Below, one piece after another: positions 28,028 through 37,300 of a stretch of 64,000 nt of DNA. The notes below the pieces were generated by a model. It did not search any database, had not been told where the DNA came from, and saw only the letters and a program-made list of their open reading frames with translations. The DNA is from Aneurinibacillus sp. GTDB lineage: Bacteria > Bacillota > UBA5301 > DYFA01. Each line of letters starts with the position of its first letter. Position 1 is the stretch's first letter. The stretch covers positions 27,993-91,992 of the forward strand of contig DYFA01000008.1 in the NCBI GenBank assembly GCA_020725425.1, read 5' to 3'. A program made the translations under genes and the position numbers.

Positions 28028-29241
28028 CTCATCAGGACGTCCACCACCGCCGCCGTCAGGTCAAGGCCGTCGGCGGGCCGCTCGCCCGCGGTCGCCACCA
28101 GCTCCGGCGCCCCGAGTCCGTGGCGTTGCGCCACCAGGGTGGCGACGCGCCGGACGTCAGCGATGATCCTGGCCTGCAGCGCGTTGCGCCGGAGCTCGAG
28201 CGGCGTCGGGGAGTCCGGTCCACGAGAGCCTGGGTCAGTCTGGGCGCCTGTTCGGCGCGCTGCGGCCGCTCCAGACCCTTGAACCGCTCCGGTCGAACTC
28301 CGGCCGGCAAGGTCCTGCAGGCGGCGGACCAACTCTTCGTTAAGAGCTTGCCGGACCGCCTCGACCTGCCGGGCGACTTCGTCCGCCATCTCGGCAGCGT
28401 ACGCCCGGAGCTCGCGGCCGGCGCTCTCCTCCACTTCCCTGGCGTAGGCAGCCAATTGATCCTCCATGTCCTTCTGGGCCGCCTTAATGTCCTGCTCGAT
28501 AGCGGCCTGCACCTGGCGGAGCTCCTCCTGCAGCGCCTCCTCCCGGGCGGCCGCCGCCGGGTCCTTGTCCTGCAGGCCCAACCGGAGCTGGAGGCTGAGC
28601 AGGCGGGCTTCCCGTTCCCGGCGGATTTGCTCGGTCCGCGCGGCCAGGGCCGCCTTCAGTTCGCCCCGTTTGACCCCGATCTGTTCATCCACCCGGGCGG
28701 CCAGGACCGCCCGGCGGGCCGCCACCTTCCGCTCGGCTTCCTCCTCCAGCCGCCGGCGCTCGGCCTCCCAGCGGCGGGCATAAACCGACTGAAGGGTGCG
28801 GAGAGCCTCTTCCCGCCCGTCCTTTTGGGCCTGACCGATGGCCGCCATCACCTGGCGGACCCTTTCGCCGGTCTGGAGCGAGGCTCCGGCCTGCTGGGTG
28901 ATCGAAGCCACCGCCGACCGCTCCGCCGCCAGGTTCCGTCGCTCACGCTCGATTTCCGCCGTAAGCTCGGTCAACTCCTGCCAGGCGGGATGGGCCGGCA
29001 TGGCGGCCGCCAGGAGGACGAAGCTTGTCCCCCGGGCGGGCGGCAGGGGGCGTTCGCCGCCGGCAGCCGCCGCCAGCGAAAGGTCCGCGCCCCGCCGGGC
29101 CGCGCTCCACCACCCTCGGCCGGCACCGCTGGTCATCGCCAGGAGACCGGCGAGGAAAGCACCGCCGAGGAGAAGAACGGCCAGAACTGTCGGGATGCGC
29201 TTGGTGGCCACTCTACTTCCGCCCCTGTCCTCCACCGGCAC
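28024..29241 (-). CDS. Membrane-anchored coiled-coil protein of unknown function between skp and lpxD (alternative GTG start at 29211)
   Basis: TM ([21 protein letters not shown]) then about 330 aa rich in E/R/A/L/Q heptads ([28 protein letters not shown]...). No family recognised. ATGA overlap with lpxD. Confidence 0.5.
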   Translation of the reverse strand: MPVEDRGGSRVATKRIPTVLAVLLLGGAFLAGLLAMTSGAGRGWWSAARRGADLSLAAAAGGERPLPPARGTSFVLLAAAMPAHPAWQELTELTAEIERERRNLAAERSAVASITQQAGASLQTGERVRQVMAAIGQAQKDGREEALRTLQSVYARRWEAERRRLEEEAERKVAARRAVLAARVDEQIGVKRGELKAALAARTEQIRREREARLLSLQLRLGLQDKDPAAAAREEALQEELRQVQAAIEQDIKAAQKDMEDQLAAYAREVEESAGRELRAYAAEMADEVARQVEAVRQALNEELVRRLQDLAGRSSTGAVQGSGAAAARRTGAQTDPGSRGPDSPTPLELRRNALQARIIADVRRVATLVAQRHGLGAPELVATAGERPADGLDLTAAVVDVLMR

Positions 29242-29677
29242 GGATCACGGCGTCGGTGATGTCCGCGCCGCCATACAGAACGCTCTGCTTCTCCAGCACC
29301 ACGGTGAGACCCTGCTTCTTGGCCACGTCGCCGGTCACCTGCACGACCTTGGCGAGAGCAGCCGAGACCAGGGCTTCCTTCTTCTTGTCGAGCTTCGCCT
29401 GGTACTCTTGGAAGAGCTTGACCTTGTCCTCCTGGGACAGCGAAGCCGAGTTCCGATCATATTCCTGCTGCATGGCGGCGGTTTCCTTCTCCAGTTGTTG
29501 CCGCATCGCCTTCATGTCGGGAAACTCGTTCGCCACCCGGGCGGTGTCGACGTAGCCGATCGTCGAAACCCGGTCGGCCCGCGCCAGCGACCAGCCGGTC
29601 AACCCCGCCGCGGCGGCGACCCCGACCAACACGAGAGCCAGGATCGCCGGGAACCTGAACGGAATCCGCAGGTGCAA
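29213..29677 (-). CDS. skp: OmpH/Skp periplasmic chaperone
   Basis: 154 aa, signal peptide, IGYVDTARVANEFPDMKAMRQQLEKETAAMQQEYD... is a typical Skp coiled-coil. It sits between bamA and lpxD as in Gram-negative bacteria. Confidence 0.8.
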   Translation of the reverse strand: MHLRIPFRFPAILALVLVGVAAAAGLTGWSLARADRVSTIGYVDTARVANEFPDMKAMRQQLEKETAAMQQEYDRNSASLSQEDKVKLFQEYQAKLDKKKEALVSAALAKVVQVTGDVAKKQGLTVVLEKQSVLYGGADITDAVIRAGGGQGRK

Positions 29678-29798
29678 TTGGTGTTCCTCCTCGTCGGGAT
29701 GGGTTTTGGAAAGCTGAGGGAATCAAGCTCATTGTACCGGACCGCTCAGCGGGAGGCAATGTCAAGAAATCCTCCAGCTAGCGGATTCCGTCCAGCGT

Positions 29799-31097
29799 TC
29801 ACAGGTTCCCCACCAGAGCGAGCCAGACCTTGCCCCCGCCAGCGACTAGATCCACGGTGAGGTACTCGTTGGCCGCCACCCCGTACGACAACCGCCAGGA
29901 CTCCCCCGGGTACTCCCGCTCGAATCCCCAGCGTTGAAAGGCGGAAATCCTCTTCTGGAACCGCAGCATCTGGCCGCCCTCCAGGTTCCAGAGATAGGAC
30001 AGCTGTCCCTCCCAGCCGACCGGAACCCCCACCCCCAGGTGGAGAAAGGTCTTCAAGCCGGTCAGCAGCAACCGGCTCCCCACGAGCAGTTCGCCAGGCC
30101 CGGCTGACCACCCGCCCAGCATCCGCAGTTCGGGGCCGGGAGCCTCGGCTCCCGCGCTGACCACTCCTTCCAGCCGCAGCCGCCAGGCGGTCGACTCCAC
30201 CCCGACCTCAAGCGTGGTCTGAACGCCCGGGACCAGGCGGGTCTTGGCCTGAAGCCCCCACTGGGCAATCGACGGCGTCTCCCGCACCCTCCGCTCGATC
30301 TCCTGCTGGATGGGCACCCGGTAGGCGTTCAGGAAAGCCACCGGCAAACCAACCATCAGGGCGCCCCGGGAGTCGAGTTCGGCGCTCAATTGGCGCAGGG
30401 CCACCGCCGGAACAGTCTCCGACCGCAACTGGACGTTCACCCGGTGCACCAGCGGCCCCTGGGGAACCAACCTGGCGGTGATGGTGGTCACCTCGCCCGC
30501 CTCCAGCTTCGCCTCGACCCGGAAGCCGGGCGAGTGACGCTCAAGTTCCTGCTCGAGAAGGGGCTCCAAGGTGAAGCGCGCCCAGGTAAAAGCCGCAACC
30601 GGTAAGCCGCCCAGGATTTCCCCGGCCGCGGCGTCCAGGGTGGTTACCGCTTCCCGAAGCAGGGGTTGAAGGGCCGGATCGACCCCCTCGACTTCGAGCC
30701 TGGTATAGACCTCCCGGATCACCGGCGCCACCGGGACCACGTGGAGCTTGACTTCAGTCGTCTCCCCGGCGATGACGGTCACCGCGGTCGTCTTATATCC
30801 CGCCAGCACCCGATCGAATACCTCCGCCACCACCTTCTCCACCGCCGGCCGCGAGCGCTCGACCGTCGCCACCTCCTGGCCTTGGAGAGCCTTGGTCGCC
30901 ACGGCCGCCAGCGCCTCCCGGATGCGCTCCGCCACCACTTCCGGCAACTGGCTCGCCAACTCCACCTTGACCTCCCGAACCACGGCGGGAGGAGAACCCT
31001 CAGCGGCCACGCCAAAGGCGGCCCCGAGGACCGAGGCCGCACTCACGAGGGCTGTCAGGATGATTGCCGGCCAACGCCGGGGTCGCCCGTGACTCAC
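29799..31097 (-). CDS. Secreted 432-aa protein of unknown function between bamA and skp
   Basis: Signal peptide (WPAIILTALVSAASVLGAAFG). No recognisable motifs. Confidence 0.5.
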   Translation of the reverse strand: MSHGRPRRWPAIILTALVSAASVLGAAFGVAAEGSPPAVVREVKVELASQLPEVVAERIREALAAVATKALQGQEVATVERSRPAVEKVVAEVFDRVLAGYKTTAVTVIAGETTEVKLHVVPVAPVIREVYTRLEVEGVDPALQPLLREAVTTLDAAAGEILGGLPVAAFTWARFTLEPLLEQELERHSPGFRVEAKLEAGEVTTITARLVPQGPLVHRVNVQLRSETVPAVALRQLSAELDSRGALMVGLPVAFLNAYRVPIQQEIERRVRETPSIAQWGLQAKTRLVPGVQTTLEVGVESTAWRLRLEGVVSAGAEAPGPELRMLGGWSAGPGELLVGSRLLLTGLKTFLHLGVGVPVGWEGQLSYLWNLEGGQMLRFQKRISAFQRWGFEREYPGESWRLSYGVAANEYLTVDLVAGGGKVWLALVGNL

Positions 31098-31131
31098 GCT
31101 CCACCTCCGGCGCCCATACCCCCGGGCCCTC

Positions 31132-32838
31132 CTAGAAGGTCTGGCCCAGGCTGAAGTAGGTCTTGCCGCCGTCGCGACCGATACCGTAGTCGATGCGCAT
31201 TATCCCCACCGGGGTGTCGACCCGTAACCCCACGCCGTAGCCCGTCTTGAACTTGGCGAGTTCCACCGGCTCGTTGGTGTCCCAGGCGTCGCCGGCGTCG
31301 GCAAAGAGCACTCCCGTCAAGTTCTGAGCGAGCTGAAACCGGTATTCGGCGTTGAACACCAGGTACTTGTCGCCGGAGAAGGCCATGGTCTCATAGCCCC
31401 GGATGGTGTCGGCGCCGCCCACCAGGAACCGTTCGAGCACCGGCTCCACACCGCGATAGTCGAGGAACCCTCCCGCCAGACGGACCGCCACCACCTGTCC
31501 CGACTTGCCGGCTTTCCAGTAGTGGGCGAGGTCGGTGTTATACTTGGCGAAGGTGTAGTCCGAACCCAGCAACTGGCCGGCCCACTCCACTGAGAGCTCC
31601 CTCCGCCCGCCCTGGGAGGGCTTGAGGAAGAAGTCGCGGGTGTCGTTCACGATGCTGGTCGTGATGGAGCGGCTCTTCCCGGTGCCGCCCTCAACCGGCG
31701 TCCCATCCGTGTAGGTCCGGGCCACGTCCTCCATCTTGAGCTTGGTGTAGATCCGCGTATCCTCGGAGAGCGGCCGGCCCACCGTCACCTCTCCGCCTCG
31801 CTGATGGTCGTTATAGGTCACCGGCGAACCGCCCTCGATCTGATCCAGCGTCCGCTGCGTGTCGTATACCCGGAAGCCGAGCGAGGTCCGGTGGCGGTCG
31901 AGGTACGGCTCGAAGAAGCCCACGTCGTAGGTGGTGCGCCGCTGGCCGAACTCCCACTTCACGTTGACCCGCTGCCCCCGGCCGAAGAAGTTGTCCTCGG
32001 CCACCTCGACGTAGCCGAACAGGCCGTCGCTCGAGGAGTAGCCGGCGCCGAAGGCGGCCGAACCGGTCTTTCGCTCCTTCACCTCGATGGTGAGGTCGGC
32101 GACGTCGGGATCCTGGGTTTCCGTGAACTTCCGCCCCACTTCATCGAAGAACCCGAGGTTCAGCACGCGCCGCAGCGACTTCTCGAGTTCCTTCAGGTTC
32201 AGCACGTCGCCGGACTTCACCGTGAGCTCGCGCCGGATGACGTGGTCCTTTGTCTTCTGGTTCCCGCTGATCTCGATCTTCCCGAGACGGGTCTCGGTCA
32301 GCTTGATCCTCACGGTCCCCGTCTCATCCACCGCCACGTCGGTGATGCGCAGGGGGATTCCGTAGTCCTTCACGGAACGCTCCAACAGGGCGCGCAGCCC
32401 CTCCTGGAGCTTCTTTCCGTTGATGATCTCGCCCGGTTTGAGGCCGATCGCCTCTTTCAGCGGCTCCTTCGGCACGTCCGGGGCGCCGGTCAGCGAGACC
32501 TCCTTCAACTTGGGATTCTCGATCACCTCGAAGATGACCGTCACGCCGCCCTCCGCCGGGGCGAACCGCGCCGAAGCGTTGAAGAAGTATCCCAGGTCCA
32601 TGATGGCCTGGAGGTCCTTGCGGACAGCCTCCTCCGTCGCCGGCTCACCCACCTTGGTAGACTGGATCGCGGCGAGAATCATGTCGCTTGCGACTTCACG
32701 GTTGCCTTCCACCTTGATCGCCTTAACCACCGGGTTGGCCGCCAGAACCGCCCCGGTGGCCAAGCTCCCCGCCAGGACCAGCACGAGGACGACGGCGGCA
32801 ACCGCCGCGGACCCGGGAATCGACAGAGGTTTCTTCAC
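31132..32838 (-). CDS. bamA: Outer-membrane protein assembly factor BamA (Omp85)
   Basis: Signal peptide, POTRA-like repeats (VKAIKVEGNREV..., LKEVSLTGAPDV..., IEISGNQKTKDHVIRREL) and a C-terminal β-barrel ending ...KTYFSLGQTF. GTG start with AAGGAGG 7 nt upstream. Confidence 0.85.
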   Translation of the reverse strand: MKKPLSIPGSAAVAAVVLVLVLAGSLATGAVLAANPVVKAIKVEGNREVASDMILAAIQSTKVGEPATEEAVRKDLQAIMDLGYFFNASARFAPAEGGVTVIFEVIENPKLKEVSLTGAPDVPKEPLKEAIGLKPGEIINGKKLQEGLRALLERSVKDYGIPLRITDVAVDETGTVRIKLTETRLGKIEISGNQKTKDHVIRRELTVKSGDVLNLKELEKSLRRVLNLGFFDEVGRKFTETQDPDVADLTIEVKERKTGSAAFGAGYSSSDGLFGYVEVAEDNFFGRGQRVNVKWEFGQRRTTYDVGFFEPYLDRHRTSLGFRVYDTQRTLDQIEGGSPVTYNDHQRGGEVTVGRPLSEDTRIYTKLKMEDVARTYTDGTPVEGGTGKSRSITTSIVNDTRDFFLKPSQGGRRELSVEWAGQLLGSDYTFAKYNTDLAHYWKAGKSGQVVAVRLAGGFLDYRGVEPVLERFLVGGADTIRGYETMAFSGDKYLVFNAEYRFQLAQNLTGVLFADAGDAWDTNEPVELAKFKTGYGVGLRVDTPVGIMRIDYGIGRDGGKTYFSLGQTF

Positions 32839-32878
32839 TGTTCTGCCTCCTTAGAGTGCATTCAGAGTGCGTCGAGTG

Positions 32879-33577
32879 TCAGGGACGCCCGGTCAGCGAG
32901 CGTTCGGCGATCTGCACCAGTTCGACCAGGTCCAAGGGGAGAGGGGTATCCCCTCCCTCCTCGACGGTGGCCGGCTCGGGCTGCTTCGCCACGGGAACCG
33001 GTTCAGCCGGCGCGGCAGGAACGGGCGTTGGATTTGCGGGTACCGGCACCGCCGGCGCCTGGGAGGGGTGGTCCTCCTCTGCCGGCGCAGGCTCCTCAAC
33101 CGGCGAAGGTTGAACTGAAGGCTGAACTGACGGTTGAACCGGTGAAGGTTGGGCGGCCGGCGACTGGTCCGGCCCGGGCGGGGCGGCCTGCGGGATCAGG
33201 TCGACTACCTGGCCGACCTCCCGGCCAGCGACTCCGGGCAACGTTCCCGGGCGGGCCACCTGCAGCGGAACTGGCGGGGCTGGCCGGGCCAGCTGCCACA
33301 GGGCAAAGCCACTGAACGCCAGCACGAGAAGCGCCACCCCGACGCCTATACCTGCCCAGGCCGGCCGGCGGGTCCGCCTTCCGGCCGATGGGAAGCGGAT
33401 GAGGCTCACCGCGCGCCGGCTCTCCGCCCACGCCTTCCTGACCTCCGCCTCCACCAGGCTGAGGCTCAGTTCTCCCTGGACCGACTCCTGCCGCTCGAAT
33501 TCGTTCTCGGCCTTGGCCAGCCAGTGGCGGGCGAAGCGGAGATGGTTCAAGACCGACTGCACGCCGGACATCTCCAT
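32879..33577 (-). CDS. Putative membrane anti-sigma factor (cytoplasmic N-domain, one TM, Pro-rich repetitive extracytoplasmic tail)
   Basis: TM IGVGVALLVLAFSGFALW, then PSPVQPSVQPSVQPSPVEEPAPAEE... encoded by ~12-nt tandem DNA repeats at 33100-33145. Immediately downstream of the sigma-factor gene. Confidence 0.45.
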   Translation of the reverse strand: MEMSGVQSVLNHLRFARHWLAKAENEFERQESVQGELSLSLVEAEVRKAWAESRRAVSLIRFPSAGRRTRRPAWAGIGVGVALLVLAFSGFALWQLARPAPPVPLQVARPGTLPGVAGREVGQVVDLIPQAAPPGPDQSPAAQPSPVQPSVQPSVQPSPVEEPAPAEEDHPSQAPAVPVPANPTPVPAAPAEPVPVAKQPEPATVEEGGDTPLPLDLVELVQIAERSLTGRP

Positions 33578-33583
33578 TCCTCC

Positions 33584-34231
33584 TCAAACCGAGGCCCGGA
33601 ACTCTCGGACGACGCGGGCCAACATCCCCCGGAGCCGCCGGATGGCCCGCTTCTCCAGCCGATGAAGATAGGAGACGCTGATCGCCAGCTCCTCCGCCAC
33701 CCGGCCCGGCTCCTGATCCTGCAGGTAAACGGCGGAGAGCACCCTTTGTTCCTTTTGGGGAAGGCGGGCGACAGCCACTTGGAGGAAATGGCGGACGTCG
33801 CCGGCTTCCGCTCGGGCCACCGGGTCGGATTCGGCGCCCGCCGCGACCATGGCGGCAATGGCCAGCTCACCGGAGCCCATCTGTTCCAGCGAGACGTCCC
33901 CGGCTCCGGCCTTCTGCCGGCCGAAGTAGTCCAGCATCCGGCCGCGGATGCGGTGTTGGGCAAAAGAGGGGAAGGGCACCCCGCGGTCGGGGTCGTATGC
34001 TTCCACCGCCTCGATGAGGCCGACGGTCCCTTCCTGGATGAGGTCCATGGCGTTTTCCGGCCCGGCGCCCAGCGCCAGGGCGATTCGGACCACCAGGATC
34101 TGGTACCCTTCGATCAACCGGTAACGGCTCTCGGGGTCCCCGCTCCCCTTGAACGAGCGCCACAACACCGCTTCCTCCTCCGGCGAGGGCGGTTTCCGAC
34201 TATTCAGGTGGCGGAGATACTCGTCCAACAT
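33584..34231 (-). CDS. Sigma-70 family RNA polymerase sigma factor (group-3-like region 2 and region 4)
   Basis: DLIQEGTVGLIEAVEAYDPDRGVPFPSFAQHRIRGRM (region 2.2-2.4) and AEELAISVSYLHRLEKRAIRRLR (region 4.2 HTH). Confidence 0.8.
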   Translation of the reverse strand: MLDEYLRHLNSRKPPSPEEEAVLWRSFKGSGDPESRYRLIEGYQILVVRIALALGAGPENAMDLIQEGTVGLIEAVEAYDPDRGVPFPSFAQHRIRGRMLDYFGRQKAGAGDVSLEQMGSGELAIAAMVAAGAESDPVARAEAGDVRHFLQVAVARLPQKEQRVLSAVYLQDQEPGRVAEELAISVSYLHRLEKRAIRRLRGMLARVVREFRASV

Positions 34232-34358
34232 GGTCCGGACTCTCTTTCCGCAAAGTCCTGGGGTGAGTTCGACCCCCGGAATAGTAAATCCTTCCCCGGC
34301 GGGGCGTCAATTGGTGGGGGCCCTGGCAGGATGCGGGGTTCGGCCCAGGCTCACCCCA

Positions 34359-37300
34359 CTAGAAGCGGTGGCGCGCCTCGATCCCCCACTTCAACTCGCC
34401 CCGGTTGTCGTATGAGGTCGTGAAGGTCAGCCCGTACCGGATGCGATACTCGAGGCCGATGGTCTCCCAAGGCTCGAGGTCCATTGTCCGGGTATAGGTC
34501 AAGTAGACGTTGTCCACCAGGTACTTGCCCACATGAAGCTGAACATTCTTCTCCCGGAAACGGGGAGCCAGCGAGAGTTGGTCAAGCTGCAGGGCGTCGG
34601 CCACGGCGACTTCCAGGCCGGAGAAGACCCTGTGGGAGAGCTCCTGCTCCGCCATGCGGAAGAGTTCGGCCTCCCGTCCGCCGGATCCTTGGCCGGCCAC
34701 AATCCGGGTGATGTCCCCCGGCAACGAGAGGGCCGCCACGATCTCCGCCTGGCTGAGCGGGGGCTCCGACGACAGGTTGAGCGCCAGTTTCTCCGCCGGA
34801 CCGGTCACACTGAGCTTGACCTTCAGCGTCGTCCTCGTTCCTCCTCCGCCGGTCGCGTCGGCCGGAAGGACCGCGGGAGCCTCGGTCAGCGGCACCACCG
34901 CCTCCGCCGTCACGTCCAGCGTCGGGAGAATACCCCGGTAGGCGGCGAACACCGCCTGTCCCCGCGTCACCCGGAAGGGGGTATTCAGGTAGACGATGGT
35001 TCCCCGGCTGGCCTCAGCTTCGCCCGTGAAGGTGGGTTTGCTCAGACGGCCGCGCAGGGCCAGGGTCCCATAGGCGCGAGCGTCGACGCTGCGGTCGGCG
35101 GTGACGATCCGCATGTCCTCCCGGCTGGTGACTGTCAGGTCGAGGGCGGGATCCCAGGTCACCCGGCGGGGGCCGCTCTTGGCGCCCAGAGTGAGCGTGG
35201 AGCGCCGCAGCACCGCCTGGCCGGCGATGACCGCCTCCTCCAGCGGCCCGCGCACGGTGGTGTCCACATCCAGCCAGGCTTCGAAGACCGGGCTCTGGTA
35301 GTGGATGTCCCGTCCGGTCAGAGCCAGGTCCAGGTCCCTCACTCTCAGACCCGCCAGGCCAACCCGCCCGCTGAGTCGCGCCTCCCCCCCTTTGTAAAAG
35401 CCGATCAGCTCCTGGGTCCGAACCCCGTCCAGCCCCAGTTGCACCCGGCCTCGCAGGCCGGTGATCTCCCCGCCGAGCGCCGGATGGTTCACCGTCACTC
35501 CGGCGGCCACGATCTCTCCGTCAACCTGCGGCGCGTCCGCCGGCCCGGTCAGGCGGAGCCACAGCGATCCCGGGCCGGAGAGGCGGAGAGCGGGTACGAC
35601 CAGCGAGAGCAGCCCCATGTCCCCTTGGTCCATCGCCAGGCGCAGGTTCCAGGCCTGTTCCTCCGCCTCCAAGCCCAACCGGGAGAGGAGGGTCGATGGG
35701 AGCGGCCAGGCGCCGGTGGCGGTCAGGCGGCGGTCGCCGCTCGCCATCACCACTTCCTCCAAGTTGATGGCGCCGCTGGAGTAGACTGCCCGGCCCCGGA
35801 CAGTGCTGAGCGGCATCCCGTTGACCCGGGCGCCCGTCACGGTCACGTCCAGGCTGGCCCAGGGGTCCGCGGCCCTGCCCTTCACCACCAGGTCGGCGTC
35901 AGCTTGCCCGGCCACCTCCGCCTGCGCGCCGAAGAACGCCGCCAAGGGCCGGATGTCCATCCGCCGGAGGCGGGCCTCCACTTCCACGGACGTCCGGCCG
36001 AGCCGCCCCACCGCCACCAGGAGCCCTTCGCCTTCCACCTCCCCCATCCGCAGGCGGTTGATCGTCACTTCGCCGTCGCGGAGCGCCAGATCCACGTCGC
36101 CGGACAGCTTCCACCCTCCCAGGCGCAGCTCGCCGGTCTCGGCGATCAACCGGGCGGAAGGGTTGGGGAAGCGGCCCCAGACGTGCAGGATACCCGTGAC
36201 CTTCCCGGCTATCCGGTAGGAGGAGCGTAGAGAAGCCAATTGGAGCAGATTCTCCACTTCCCCCTGGTCGAGGCGGAGCCGCAAGTCGAGTTGGGCTGTC
36301 CGGGGCTCGATTTCGCCGCTGACGAAGTAGCGTCCGCCCCCCTGCTCCACTTCCACCCCCTTGAGGAAGAACCTCCCGTCCTGGTACCGCAGGGTGCCTT
36401 TCAAGGTTTCCGCGGCGTAAGCCCGGTAAGCGACGCCGGCGCCCGCGACCTCGCCTTCCAGCACGGGCTGGCGCAGGTTGCCCCGCACTGTGCCTTGGAA
36501 GGAGCCGGTTCCCCGCCACGCCCCCTCCTCTGCCCCGGGCAGGGGCAGGCGGGCCAGATCGAGGCGCTCCGCCGCCACCCGCAGGTCCAGCTCCTGGCCG
36601 ACCAGACGGCCCTCTCCCGTCACAGCCGCGCCCTCCGCCTCGACCTCAAGCCGGTCGATCTCCAGTGCACCATCGGCGTAGCGGAAGCGGGCGGCGGCCC
36701 GGGTGTAGGGAAAGCCGGCCACCCTTCCGGCGGCCAGAGCCACCTGGCCCGTCACGACTGCGGTGCGCGCCGGGCCGCGCAGCACAAACGCGCCGTCGGT
36801 CGTGCCGCTGAGCGCGGCCTGGACGCCGGCCAGCGCCAGAACCGTATCGGCTGGCAGCGCGCCCACGGTCAGGGTGAGGTCAAGGGGGTACTCCGGCCCC
36901 AGGCTCACCGTCCCGCTTGCCTGGAGAGACCCCTCGGCCCGGTGGACCTCCATTCCCTCCAGGACAAGCTCCCGGCGTGTCAGGCGGAAGCGTCCCCGCC
37001 CATCCGTGAACGCCTGTCGCCGGAAGGATGGGGAGAACAGGGTAAACTCGCCGGAAAGCTGCGGGTCATCCTCGGTTCCGCCCAGTTCCGCCAGTATGTC
37101 AGCCGAGCCGTCCAGCGTCATCCCCGGAATGTACTGGGCCAGGGCTGAAAGCTGCACCCCCTGCCCGCTCAGCGTTCCGGAAAGCCGCCCGTCGGCGGTG
37201 CGGCGTCCGTAGCCGGATAACCGTCCGTCCGGAGAGGAGGCGGTGAAATAGTCCACGGCCACTTCCCCCCGGCTGACGGTGAACCCGGCCCGGGCGGTGG

